From contig OZ024741.1 of assembly GCA_964016885.1 (NCBI GenBank), positions 259,408,001 to 259,472,000 of the forward strand: DNA of 64,000 nucleotides, read 5' to 3'. Below, piece by piece: positions 39,101-53,449 of the stretch (position 1 is the stretch's first letter; each line of letters starts with the position of its first letter). Made by a program: the position numbers and the translations under genes. The notes below the pieces were generated by a model. It was not told where the DNA came from. It was given only the letters and a program-made list of their open reading frames with translations, and ran no database searches. The DNA is from Eledone cirrhosa (Eukaryota).

Positions 39101-42100
39101 TCGAAACACTCGTATGTCGAATAACTCGTAAGCCGAAACACCGTAAGTCAAAACACTCGTAAGTCGAAACACTCGTAAGTCGAAACACCCATAAGCCGAA
39201 ACATTCGTAAGCCAAAACATTCGTAAGTCGAAACACTCGTAAACCGAAACACTCGTAAGCCAAAACATTCGTAAGTCGAAACACTCGTAAGTCGAAACAC
39301 CCATAGCCGAAACACTTGTAAGTCTGAACACACGTAAGTCAGAACACCCGTAAGTCAGAACACTCGTAAGTCAGAACACTCGTAAGTCAGAACACTCGTA
39401 AGTCAGAGCACTCGTATCGAAACACTCGTATGTCAAAACACCCGTAAGTCAAAACACTCGTAAGTCGAAACACTCGTAAGCCGAAACACCGTAAGCCAAA
39501 ACACTCGTAAGTCGAAACATCCGTAAGTCGGAACACTCGTAAGTCGAAACACTCGTAAGTCGAAACACTCGTAAGCCGAAACACTCGTAAGCCGAAACAC
39601 TCGTAAGTCGGAACACTCGTAAGTCGGAACACTCGTAAGTCAGAACACTCGTAAGTCAGAACACTCGTAAGTCAGAACACTCGTAAGTCGAAACACTCGT
39701 ATCGAAACACTCGTATGTCAAAACACCCGTAAGTCAAAACACTCGTAAGTCGAAACACTCGTAAGTCGAAACATTCGTATGTCGAAACATCCGTAAATCA
39801 GAACACTCGTAAGTCGAAACACTCGTAAGTCGAAACACTCGTAAGCCGAAACACTCGTAAGTCGAAGCACTCGTATCGAAACACTCGTAAGTCGAAACAC
39901 CCTTAAGTCAAAACACTCGTAAGCCAAAACACTCGTAAGTCGAAACACTCGTAAGTCGGAACACTCGTAAGTCAGAACACTCGTAAGTCAGAACACTCGT
40001 AAGTGGAAACACGCGTAAGTCGAAACACTCATAAGTCGAAACACTCGTAAGTCGAAACACCCGTAAGTCGAAACACCCGTAAGTCGAAACACTCGTATGT
40101 CGAATAACTCGTAAGCCGAAACACCGTAAGTCAAAACACTCGTAAGTCGAAACACTCGTAAGTCGAAACACCCATAAGCCGAAACACTCGTAAGCCAAAA
40201 CATTCGTAAGTCGAAACACTCGTAAACCGAAACACTCGTAAGCCAAAACATTCGTAAGTCGAAACACTCGTAAGTCGAAACACCCATAGCCGAAACACTC
40301 GTAAGTCTGAACACACGTAAGTCAGAACAGCCGTAAGTCAGAACACTCGTAAGTCAGAACACTCGTAAGTCAGAACACTCGTAAGTCAGAGCACTCGTAT
40401 CGAAACACTCGTATGTCAAAACACCCGTAAGTCAAAACACTCGTAAGTCGAAACACTCGTAAGTCGAAACACTCGTATGTCGAAACATCCGTAAATCAGA
40501 ACACTCGTAAGTCGAAACACTCGTAAGTCGAAACACTCGTAAGCCGAAACACTCGTAAGTCGAAGCACTCGTATCGAAACACTCGTAAGTCGAAACACCC
40601 TTAAGTCAAAACACTCGTAAGCCAAAACACTCGTAAGTCGAAACACTCGTAAGTCGGAACACTCGTAAGTCAGAACACTCGTAAGTCAGAACACTCGTAA
40701 GTGGAAACACGCGTAAGTCGAAAGACCCGTAAGTCAAAAATCTCGTAAGTCAAAACACTCGTAAGCCGAAACACTCGTAAGTCGAAACACTCGTAAGTCG
40801 AAACACCCGTAAGTCGGAACACTCGTAAGTCAGAATACTCGTAAGTCAAAACACTCGTAAACCGGAACACCCGTAAGGCAAAACATTCGCATGTTAAAAC
40901 ACTCGTAAGTCGAAACACTCGTAAGCCGAAACACTCGTAAGTCGAAACACACGTAAGTCGAAACACTCGTAAGTCGAAACACTCGTAAGTCAGTGCACCC
41001 GTAAGTCAGAACACTCGTAGTCAGAATACTCGTAAGTCGAAACACTCGTATGTCGAAACACCCGTAAGTCGAAACATCCGTAAGTCAAAACACTCGTATG
41101 TCGAAACACTCGTAAGCCGAAACACTCATAAGTCGAAACACTCGTAAGCCGAAACACCCGTAAGTCAAAACATTCGTAAGTCAAAACACTCGTAAGTCGA
41201 AACACCCGTAAGTCAAAACACTCGTATGTCGAAACACTCGTAAGCCGAAACAACGTAAGTAAAAACACTCGTAAGTCGAAACACCCATAAGTCGAAACAC
41301 TCGTAAGCCGAAACACTCGTAAGTCGAAACACTCATAAGCCGAAACACTCGTAAGTCGGAACACTCGTAAATCAGAACACCCGCAAGTCAGAACACTCGT
41401 AAATCAGAACACTCTTAAGTCGAAACTCACGTACGCTGAAACACTCGTAAGTCGAAACATCCTTAAGTCGAAACACTCGTACACCGAAACACTCGTAAGT
41501 ATAAACATTAGTAAGTCGAAACACTCGTAAGCCGAAACACTCGTAAGTCGAAACACCCGTAAATCGAAACACCCGTAAGTCAAAATACTCGTATGTCGAA
41601 ACACTCGTAAACCGAAACACTCGTAAGTCGGAACACTCGTAAGTCAGAACACTCGTAAGTCAGAACACTCGTAAGTCGAAACACTCATAAGTCGAAACAC
41701 TCGTAAGTCGAAACACCCGTAAGTCGAAACCCCCGTAAGTCGAAACACTCGTATGTCGAATAACTCGTAAGCCGAAACACCGTAAGTCAAAACACTCGTA
41801 AGTCAAAACACTCGTAAGTCGAAACACCCATAAGCCGAAACACTCGTAAGCCAAAACATTCGTAAGTCGAAACACTCGTAAACCGAAACACTCGTAAGCC
41901 AAAACATTCGTAAGTCAAAACACTCGTAAGTCGAAACACCCATAGCCGAAACACTCGTAAGTCGGAACACACGTAAGTCAGAACACCCGTAAGTCAGAAC
42001 ACTCGTAAGTCAGAACACTCGTAAGTCAGAGCACTCGTATCGAAACACTCGTATGTCAAAACACCCGTAAGTCAAAACACTCGTAAGTCGAAACACTCGT

Positions 42101-45100
42101 AAGCCGAAACACCGTAAGCCAAAACACTCGTAAGTCGAAACACCCGTAAGTCGGAACACTCGTAAGTCGAAACACTCGTAAGTCGAAACACTCGTAAGCC
42201 GAAACACTCGTAAGCCGAAACACTCGTAAGTCGGAACACTCGTAAGTCGGAACACTCGTAAGTCAGAACACTCGTAAGTCAGAACACTCGTAAGTCAGAA
42301 CACTCGTAAGTCAGAATACTCGTAAGTCGAAACACCCGTAAGTCGAAACACCCGTAAGTCGAAACACTCGTATGTCGAATAACTCGTAAGCCGAAACACC
42401 GTAAGTCAAAACACTCGTAAGTCGAAACACTCGTAAGTCGAAACACCCATAAGCCGAAACACTCGTAAGCCAAAACATTCGTAAGTCGAAACACTCGTAA
42501 ACCGAAACACTCGTAAGCCAAAATATTCGTAAGTCGAAACACTCGTAAGTCGAAACACCCATAGCCGAAACACTTGTAAGTCTGAACACACGTAAGTCAG
42601 AACACGCGTAAGTCAGAACACTCGTAAGTCAGAACAATCGTAAGTCAGAACACTCGTAAGTCAGAGCACTCGTATCGAAACACTCGTATGTCAAAACACC
42701 CGTAAGTCAAAACACTCGTAAGTCGAAACACTCGTAAGCCGAAACACCGTAAGCCAAAACACTCGTAAGTCGAAACACCCGTAAGTCGGAACACTCGTAA
42801 GTCGAAACACTCGTAAGTCGAAACACTCGTAAGCCGAAACACTCGTAAGCCGAAACACTCGTAAGTCGGAACACTCGTAAGTCAGAACACTCGTAAGTCA
42901 GAACACTCGTAAGTCAGAACACTCGTAAGTCAGAACACTCGTAAGTCGAAACACTCGTATCGAAACACTCGTATGTCAAAACACCAGTAAGTCGAAACAC
43001 TCGTATCGAAACACTCGTATGTCAAAACACCAGTAAGTCAAAACACTTGTAAGTCGAAACACTCGTAAGCCGAAACACCGTAAGTCGAAACACCCGTATG
43101 TCGAAACACTCTTAAGCCGAAACACTCGTAAGTCGAAACACTCGTAGTCCAAACACTCGTAAGTCGAAACACCCGTAAGTCGAAACACTCGTAAGTCGAA
43201 ACACTCGTAAGCCGAAACACTCGTAAGTCGAAACACTCATAAGCCGAAACACTCGTAAGTCGAAACACTCGTAAGTCAGAACACTCGTAGTCAGAACACT
43301 CGTAAGTCAAACCACTCGTAAGCCGAAACACTCGTAAGTCGAAACACTCGTAAGTCGAAACACTCGTAAGTCGAAAAACTCGTAAGCCGGAACACTCGTA
43401 AGTCAGAACACTCGTAAGTCAGAACACTCGTAAGTCGAAACATCCGTAAATCAGAACACTCCTAAGTCAAAACACTCGTAAGTCGAAACACTCGTAAGTC
43501 AAAAATACTCGTAAGTCGAAACACCCTTAAGTAAAAACACTCGTAAGTCGAAACACTCGTAAGCCGAAACACCCGTCAGTTAAAACACCCGTAAGTCGAA
43601 ACACTCGTAAGTCAAAACTCTCGTACGCCGAAACACTCGTAAGTAAAAACATTAGTAAGTCGAAACACTCGTAAGCCGAAAGACTCATAAGTCGAAACAC
43701 TCGTAAGCCGAAACACCCGTAAGTCAAAACATTCGTAAGTCAAAACACTCGTAAGTCGAAACACCCGTAAGTCGAAACACTCGTATGTCGAAACACTCGT
43801 AAGCCGAAACACCGTAAGTAAAAACACTCGTAAGTCGAAACACCCACAAGTCGAAACACTCGTAAGCCGAAACACTCGTAAGTCGAAACACTCATAAGCC
43901 GAAACACTCGTAAGTCGGAACACTCGTAAATCAGAACACCCGCAAGTCAGAACACTCGTATCGAAACACTCGTATGTCAAAACACCCGTAAGTCAAAACA
44001 CTCGTAAGTCGAAACACTCGTAAGCCGAAACACCGTAAGTAAAAAAACTCGTAAGTCGAAATACTCGTAAGTCGAAACACTCGTAAGCCGAAACAATCGT
44101 AATTCAAAACACTCGTAAGTCGAAACACTCGTAAGCCGAAACAATCGTAAGTCGAAACACTCGTAAGCCGAAAATACTCGTAAGTCGGAACACCCGTAAG
44201 CCGAAACACTCGTATGTCGAAACACTCGTAAGCCGAAACAACATAAGTAAAAACACTCGTAAGTCGAAACACCCATAAGTCGAAACACTCGTAAGCCGAA
44301 ACACTCGTAAGTCGAAACACTCATAAGCCGAAACACTCGTAAGTCGGAACACTCGTAAATCAGAACACCCGCAAGTCAGAACACTCGTAAATCAGAACAC
44401 TCTTAAGTCGAAACTCACGTACGCTGAAACACTGGTAAGTCGAAACACTCGTAAGTCGAAACATCCTTAAGTCGAAACACTCGTACACCGAAACACTCGT
44501 AAGTATAAACATTAGTAAGTCGAAACACTCGTAAGCCGAAACACTCGTAAGTCGAAACACCCGTAAATCGAAACACCCGTAAGTCAAAACACTCGTATGT
44601 CGAAACACTCGTAAACCGAAACACTCGTAAGTCGGAACACTCGTAAGTCAGAACACTCGTAAGTCAGAACACTCGTAAGTCGAAACACTCATAAGTCGAA
44701 ACACTCGTAAGTCGAAACACCCGTAAGTCGAAACACTCGTGTGTCGAATAACTCGTAAGCCGAAACACCGTAAGTCAAAACACTCGTAAGTCGAAACACT
44801 CGTAAGTCGAAACACCCATAAGCCGAAACACTCGTAAGCCAAAACATTCGTAAGTCGAAACACTCGTAAACCGAAACACTCGTAAGCCAAAACATTCGTA
44901 AGTCGAAACACTCGTAAGTCGAAACACCCATAGCCGAAACACTCGTAAGTCGGAACACACGTAAGTCAGAACACCCGTAAGTCAGAACACTCGTAAGTCA
45001 GAACACTCGTAAGTCAGAACACTCGTAAGTCAGAGCACTCGTATCGAAACACTCGTATGTCAAAACACCCGTAAGTCAAAACACTCGTAAGTCGAAACAC

Positions 45101-45540
45101 TCGTAAGCCGAAACACCGTAAGCCAAAACACTCGTAAGTCGAAACACCCGTAAGTCGGAACACTCGTAAGTCGAAACACTCGTAAGTCGAAACACTCGTA
45201 AGCCGAAACACTCGTAAGCCGAAACACTCGTAAGTCGGAACACTCGTAAGTCGGAACACTCGTAAGTCAGAACACTCGTAAGTCAGAACACTCGTAAGTC
45301 AGAACACTCGTAAGTCAGAATACTCGTAAGTCGAAACACTCGTATCGAAACACTCGTATGTCAAAACACCCGTAAGTCAAAACACTCGTAAGTCGAAACA
45401 CTCGTAAGTCGAAACACTCGTATGTCGAAACATCCGTAAATCAGAACACTCGTAAGTCGAAACACTCGTATCGAAACACTCGTAAGTCGAAACACCCTTA
45501 AGTCAAAACACTCGTAAGCCAAAACACTCGTAAGTCGAAA
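33150..45540 (+). repeat. ~5.6-5.7 kb higher-order repeat lacking the AT-rich element (two full copies plus a partial third; another copy at ~23030-28700)
   Basis: Offsets 5674 (34742/40416, 35316/40990), 5722 (36288/42010), 5579 (37948/43527, 38781/44360) and 5627 (39387/45014). Confidence 0.88.
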
Positions 45541-45717
45541 CACTCGTAAGTCGGAACACTCGTAAGTCAGAACACTCGTAAGTCAGAACACTCGTAAGTG
45601 GAAACACGCGTAAGTCGAAAGACCCGTAAGTCAAAAATCTCGTAAGTCAAAACACTCGTAAGCCGAAACACTCGTAAGTCGAAACACTCGTAAGTCGAAA
45701 CATTCGTAAAGCGAAAC

Positions 45718-45787
45718 GTATAAATAAAGATTAATGTAATGAACTTGAAAAGCATAGATATTTGAAACCGCGTCTATTTGTTATTTT
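45718..45787 (+). repeat. AT-rich interspersed element, allele B1
   Basis: GAACTT and GATATTT; last B1 copy in the window. Confidence 0.95.
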
Positions 45788-46884
45788 CGTAAGTCGAAAC
45801 ACTCGTAAGTCAGAACACTCGTAAGTCAGAACACTCTTAAGTGAGAACACTCGTATCGAAACACTCGTATGTCAAAACACCCGTAAGTCAAAACACTCGT
45901 AAGTCGAAACACTCGTAAGTCGAAACACTCGTAAGCCGAAACAATCGTAAGTCAAAACACTCGTAAGTCGAAACACTCGTAAGCCGAAAATACTCGTAAG
46001 TCGGAACACCCGTAAGCCGAAACCCTCGTAGTTCGGAACACTCGTAAGTCGAAACACTCGTAAGTCGAAACACCCGTAAGTCGAAACACTCGTAAGTCGA
46101 AACACCCGTAAGTCGAAACATCCGTAAGACAAAACACTCGTATGTCGAAACACTCGTAAGCCGAGACACTCGTAAGTCGGAACACTCGCAAGTCAGAACA
46201 CTCGTAAGTCAGAACACTCGTAAGTCGAAACACTCGTAAGTCGAAACACCCGTAAGTCGAAACGCCCGTAAGTCAAAACACTCGTATGTCGAAACACTCG
46301 CAAGCCGAAAAACCGTAAGTCAAAACACTCGTAAGTCGAAACACTCGTAAGTCGAAACACTCGTAAGCCGAAACACTCGTAAGCGAAAACATTCGTAAGT
46401 CGAAACACTCGTAACCCGAAACACTCGTAAGTCGAAACACTCGAAAGCCGAAACACTCGTAAGTCGAAACACTCATAAGCCGAAACACTCGTAAGTCGGA
46501 ACACTCGTAAGTCAGAACACCCGTAAGTCAGAACACTCGTAGTCAGAACACTCGTAAGTCGAAACACTCGTAAGCCGAAACACTCGCAAGTCGAAGCACT
46601 CGTAATCCGAAACACTCTTAAGTCGAAACACTCGTAAGTCAGAACACTCGTAAGTCGAAACACTCGTAAGCCGAAACATCCGTAAGTCAAAACATCCGTA
46701 AGTCAAAACATTCGTAAGTCGAAACACCCGTAGTCGAAACACTCGCATGTCGAAACACTCGTAAGTCGAAACACGCGTAAGTCGAAACACATGTAAGTCA
46801 AAACACTCGTAAGTCAAAACACTCGTAAGCCGAAACACTCGTGAGTCGAAACACTCGTAAGTTGAAACACTCGTAAAGCGAAAC

Positions 46885-46954
46885 GTATAAATAAAGATTA
46901 ATGTAATGAATTTGAAAAGCATAGAGATTTGAAACCGCGTCTATTTGTTATTTT
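46885..46954 (+). repeat. AT-rich interspersed element, allele A0 (consensus)
   Basis: GTATAAATAAAGATT...GAATTTG...GAGATTTG. Confidence 0.95.
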
Positions 46955-48939
46955 CGTAAGTCGAAACACTCGTAAGCCGAAGCACTCGTGAGCCGAAACA
47001 CTCGTAAGTCGGAACACTCGTAAGTCAGAACACTCGTAAGTCAGAACACTCGTAAGTTAGAACACTCGTAAGTCAGAACACTCGTAAGTCAGAACACTCG
47101 TAAGTCAGAACACTCGTAAGTCGAAACACTCGTATCGAAACACTCGTATGTCAAAACAGCAGTAAGTCAAAACACTCGTAAGTCGAAACACTCGTAAGCC
47201 GAAACACCGTAAGTCAAAACACTCGTAAGTCGAAACACTCGTAAGTCGAAACACTCGTAAGTCGAAACACTCGTAATCCGAAACACTCGTAAGCCGAAAC
47301 ACTCGTAAGTCGAAACACTCGTAAGTCGAAACACTCGTAAGCCGAAACACTCGTAAGCCGAAACACTCGTAAGTCGGAACACTCGTAAGTCAGAACACTC
47401 ATAAGTCAGAACACTCGTAAGTCAGAACACTCGTAAGTCGAAACACTCGTAAGCCGAAACACCGTAAGTCGAAACACCCGTATGTCGAAACACTCGTAAG
47501 CCGAAACACTCTTAAGTCGAAACACTCATAAGCCGAAACACTCGTAAGTCGGAACACTCGTAAATCAGAACACCCGCAAGTCAGAACACTCGTAAATCAG
47601 AACACTCTTAAGTCGAAACTTACGTACGCCGAAACAATCGTAAGTCGAAACACTCGTAAGTCGAAACATCCTTAAGTCGAAACACTCGTACACCGAAACA
47701 CTCGTAAGTATAAACATTAGTAAGTCGAAACACTCGTATGTCGAAACACTCGTAAACCGAAACACTCGTAAGTCGGAACACTCGTAAGTCAGAACACTCG
47801 TAAGTCAGAACACTCGTAAGTCGAAACACTCATAAGTCGAAACACTCATAAGTCGAAACACCCGTAAGTCGAAACACCCGTAAGTCGAAACACTCGTATG
47901 TCGAATAACTCGTAAGCCGAAACACCGTAAGTCAAAACACTCGTAAGTCGAAACACTCGTAAGTCGAAACACCCATAAGGCGAAACACTCGTAAGCCAAA
48001 ACATTCGTAAGTCGAAACACTCGTAAACCGAAACACTCGTAAGCCAAAACATTCGTAAGTCGGAACACTCGTAAGTCAGAACACTCATAAGTCAGAACAC
48101 TCGTAAGTCAGAACACTCGTAAGTCAGAACACTCGTAAGCCGAAACACCGTAAGTCGAAACACCCGTATGTCGAAACACTCGTAAGCCGAAACACTCTTA
48201 AGTCGAAACACCCATAGCCGAAACACTTGTAAGTCTGAACACACGTAAGTCAGAACACCCGTAAGTCAGAACACTCGTAAGTCAGAACACTCGTAAGTCA
48301 GAACACTCGTAAGTCAGAGCACTCGTATCGAAACACTCGTATGTCAAAACACCCGTAAGTCAAAACACTCGTAAGTCGAAACACTCGTAAGTCGAAACAC
48401 TCGTAAGCCGAAACACCGTAAGCCAAAACACTCGTAAGTCGAAACACCCGTAAGTCGGAACACTCGTAATTCGAAACACTCGTAAGCCGAAACACTCATA
48501 AGCCGAAACACTCGTAAGTCGGAACACTCGTAAGTTAGAACACCCGTAAGTCAGAACACTCGTAGTCAGAACACTCGTTAGTCGAAACACTCGTAAGCCG
48601 AAACACTCGCAAGTCGAAGCACTCGTAATCCGAAACACTCTTAAGTCGAAACACTCGTAAGTCGGAAGACTCGTAAGTCAGAACACTCGTAAGTCAGAAC
48701 ACTCGTAAGTCGAAACACTCGTAAGCCGAAACATCCGTAAGTCAAAACATCCGTAGGTCAAAACATTCGTAAGTCGAAACACCCGTAGTCGAAACACTCG
48801 CATGTCGAAACACTCGTAAGTCGAAACACGCGTAAGTCGAAACACATGTAAGTCAAAACACTCGTAAGTCAAAACACTCGTAAGCCGAAACACTCGTAAG
48901 TCGAAACACTCGTAAGTCGAAACACTCGTAAAGCGAAAC

Positions 48940-49009
48940 GTATAAATAAAGATTAATGTAATGAATTTGAAAAGCATAGAGATTTGAAACCGCGTCTATT
49001 TGTTATTTT
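48940..49009 (+). repeat. AT-rich interspersed element, allele A0
   Basis: Consensus bases at all diagnostic sites. Confidence 0.95.
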
Positions 49010-50851
49010 CGTAAATCGAAACACTCGTAAGCCGAAACACTCGTGAGCCGAAATACTCGTAAGTCGGAACACTCGTAAGTCAGAACACTCGTAAGTCAGA
49101 ACACTCGTAAGTTAGAACACTCGTAAGTCAGAACACTCGTAAGTCAGAACACTCGTAAGTCAGAACACTCGTAAGTCGAAACACTCGTATCGAAACACTC
49201 GTATGTCAAAACACCAGTAAGTCAAAACACTCGTAAGTCGAAACACTCGTAAGCCGAAACACCGTAAGTCAAAACACTCGTAAGTCGAAACACTCGTAAG
49301 TCGAAACACTCGTAAGTCGAAACACTCGTAAGTCGAAACACTCGTAAGCCGAAACACTCGTAAGCCGAAACACTCGTAAGTCGGAACACTCGTAAGTCAG
49401 AACACTCATAAGTCAGAACACTCGTAAGTCAGAACACTCGTAAGTCGAAACACTCGTAAGCCGAAACACCGTAAGTCGAAACACCCGTATGTCGAAACAC
49501 TCGTAAGCCGAAACACTCTTAAGTCGAAACACTCATAAGCCGAAACACTCGTAAGTCGGAACACTCGTAAATCAGAACACCCGCAAGTCAGAACACTCGT
49601 AAATCAGAACACTCTTAAGTCGAAACTCACGTACGCTGAAACACTCGTAAGTCGAAACACTCGTAAGTCGAAACATCCTTAAGTCGAAACACTCGTACAC
49701 CGAAACACTCGTAAGTATAAACATTAGTAAGTCGAAACACTCGTAAGCCGAAACACTCGTAAGTCGAAACACCCGTAAATCGAAACACCCGTAAGTCAAA
49801 ATACTCGTATGTCGAAACACTCGTAAACCGAAACACTCGTAAGTCGGAACACTCGTAAGTCAGAACACTCGTAAGTCAGAACACTCGTAAGTCGAAACAC
49901 TCATAAGTCGAAACACTCGTAAGTCGAAACACCCGTAAGTCGAAACCCCCGTAAGTCGAAACACTCGTATGTCGAATAACTCGTAAGCCGAAACACCGTA
50001 AGTCAAAACACTCGTAAGTCAAAACACTCGTAAGTCGAAACACCCATAAGCCGAAACACTCGTAAGCCAAAACATTCGTAAGTCGAAACACTCGTAAACC
50101 GAAACACTCGTAAGCCAAAACATTCGTAAGTCAAAACACTCGTAAGTCGAAACACCCATAGCCGAAACACTCGTAAGTCGGAACACACGTAAGTCAGAAC
50201 ACCCGTAAGTCAGAACACTCGTAAGTCAGAACACTCGTAAGTCAGAGCACTCGTATCGAAACACTCGTATGTCAAAACACCCGTAAGTCAAAACACTCGT
50301 AAGTCGAAACACTCGTAAGCCGAAACACCGTAAGCCAAAACACTCGTAAGTCGAAACACCCGTAAGTCGGAACACTCGTAAGTCGAAACACTCGTAAGTC
50401 GAAACACTCATAAGCCGAAACACTCGTAAGTCGGAACACTCGTAAGTCAGAACACCCGTATGTCAGAACACTCGTAGTCAGAACACTCGTAAGTCGAAAC
50501 ACTCGTAAGCCGAAACACTCGCAAGTCCAAGCACTCGTAATCCGAAACACTCTTAAGTCGAAACACTCGTAAGTCGGAACACTCGTAAGTCAGAACACTC
50601 GTAAGTCAGAACATTCGTAAGTCGAAACACTCGTAAGCCGAAACATCCGTAAGTCAAAACATCCGTAAGTCAAAACATTCGTAAGTCGAAACACCAGTAG
50701 TCGAAACACTCGCAAGTCGAAACACTCGTAAGTCGAAACACGCGTAAGTCGAAACACATGTAAGTCAAAACACCCGTAAGTCAAAACACTCGTAAGCCGA
50801 AACACTCGTAAGTCGAAACACTCGTAAGTCGAAACACTCGTAAAGCGAAAC

Positions 50852-50921
50852 GTATAAATAAAGATTAATGTAATGAATTTGAAAAGCATAGAGATTTGAA
50901 ACCGCGTCTATTTGTTATTTT
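50852..50921 (+). repeat. AT-rich interspersed element, allele A0
   Basis: Consensus bases at all diagnostic sites. Confidence 0.95.
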
Positions 50922-52186
50922 CGTAAATCGAAACACTCGTAAGCCGAAACACTCGTGAGCCGAAACACTCGTAAGTCGGAACACTCGTAAGTCAGAACAC
51001 TCGTAAGTCAGAACACTCGTAAGTTAGAACACTCGTAAGTCAGAACACTCGTAAGTCAGAACACTCGTAAGTCAGAACACTCGTAAGTCGAAACACTCGT
51101 ATCGAAACACTCGTATGTCAAAACACCAGTAAGTCAAAACACTCGTAAGTCGAAACACTCGTAAGCCGAAACACCGTAAGTCGAAACACTCGTAAGTCGA
51201 AACACTCGTAAGTCGAAACACTCGTAAGTCGAAACACTCGTAAGCCGAAACACTCGTAAGTCGGAACACTCGTAAGTCAGAACACTCATAAGTCAGAACA
51301 CTCGTAAGTCAGAACACTCGTAAGTCGAAACACTCGTATCGAAACACTCGTATGTCAAAACACCAGTAAGTCGAAGCACTCGTATCGAAACACTCGTATG
51401 TTAAAACACCAGTAAGTCAAAACACTCGTAAGTCGAAACACTCGTAAGCCGAAACACCGTAAGTCGAAACACCCGTATGTCGAAACACTCGTAAGCCGAA
51501 ACACTCGTAAGTCGAAACACTCGTAGTCGAAACACTCGTAAGTCGAAACACCCGTAAGTCGAAACACTCGTAAGTCGAAACACTCGTAAGCCGAAACACT
51601 CGTAAGTCGAAACACTCATAAGCCGAAACACTCGTAAGTCGAAACACTCGTAAGTCAGAACACTCGTAAGTCAGAACACTCGTAAGTTAGAACACTCGTA
51701 AGTCAGAACACTGGTAAGTCGAAACACTCGTATCGAAACACTCGTATGTCAAAACACCAGTAAGTCAAAACACTCGCAAGTCGAAACACTCGTAAGCCGA
51801 AACACCGTAAGTCAAAACACTCGTAAGTCGAAACACTCGTAAGCCGAAACACCCGTAAGTCAAAACATTCGTAAGTCAAAACACTCGTAAGTCGAAACAC
51901 TCGTAAGTCGAAACACTCGTAAGTCGAAACAGTCATAAGCCGAAACAACCGTATGTCGAAACACCCGTAAGTCGAAACACCCGTAAGTCAAAACACTCGT
52001 ATGTCGAAACACTCGTAAGTCGGAACACTCGTAAGTCAGAACACTCGTAAGTCAGAACACTCGTAAGTGGAAACACGCGTAAGTCGAAAGACCCGTAAGT
52101 CAAAAATCTCGTAAGTCAAAACACTCGTAAGCCGAAACACTCGTAAGTCGAAAGACTCGTAAGTCGAAACATTCGTAAAGCGAAAC

Positions 52187-52256
52187 GTATAAATAAAGAT
52201 TAATGTAATGAACTTGAAAAGCATAGAGATTTGAAACCGCGTCTATTTGTTATTTT
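52187..52256 (+). repeat. AT-rich interspersed element, allele B0
   Basis: GAACTT with GAGATTT. Confidence 0.95.
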
Positions 52257-53449
52257 CGTAAGTCGAAACACTCGTAAGTCAGAACACTCGTAAGTCAGAA
52301 CACTCGTAAGTCAGAACACTCGTAAGTCAGAACACTCGTAAGTCAGAACACTCTTAAGTCAGAACACTCGTATCGAAACACTCGTATGTCAAAACACCCG
52401 TAAGTCAAAACACTCGTAAGTCGAAACACTCGTAAGTCGAAACACTCGTAAGCCGAAACAATCTTAAGTCAAAACACTCGTAAGTCGAAACACTCGTAAG
52501 CAGAAACCCTCGTAGGTCGGAACACTCGTAAGTCGAAACACTCGTAAGTCGAAACACCCGTAAGTCGGAACACTCGTAAGTCAGAACACTCGTAAGTCAG
52601 AACACTCGTAAGTCAGAACACTCGTAAGTCGAAACACTCGTATCGAAACACTCGTAAGTCAAAACACTCGTAAGTCGAAACACTCGTAAGCCGAAACACC
52701 GTAAGTCAAAACACTCGTAAGTCGAAACACTCGTAAGTCGAAACACTCGTAAGTCGAAACACTCGTAAGTCGAAACACTCGTAAGCCGAAACACTCGTAA
52801 GCCGAAACACTCGTAAGTCGGAACACTCGTAAGTCAGAACACTCATAAGTCAGAACACTCGTAAGTCAGAACACTCGTAAGTCGAAACACTCGTAAGCCG
52901 AAACACCGTACGTCGAAACACCCGTATGTCGAAACACTCGTAAGCCGAAACACTCGTAAGTCGAAACACTCGTAGTCGAAACACTCGTAAGTCGAAACAC
53001 CCGTAAGTCGAAACACTCGTAAGTCGAAACACTCGTAAACCGAAACACTCGTAAGTCGAAACACTCATAAGTCGAAACACTCGTAAGTCGAAACACCCAT
53101 AAGCCGAAACACTCGAAAGCCAAAACATTCGTAAGTCGAAACACTCGTAAGCCGAAACACTCGTAAGCCAAAACATTCGTAAGTCGAAACACTCGTAAGT
53201 CGAAACACCCATAGCCGAAACACTCGTAAGTCGGAACACACGTAAGTCAGAACACCCGTAAGTCAGAACACTCGTAAGTCAGAACACTCCTAAGTCAGAA
53301 CACTCGTAAGTCAGAGCACTCGTATCGAAACACTCGTATGTAAAAACACCCGTACGCCAAAACACTCGTAAGTCGAAACACCCGTAAGTCGGAACACTCG
53401 TAAGTCAAAACTCTCGCACACCGAAACACTCGTAAGTAAAAACATTAGT

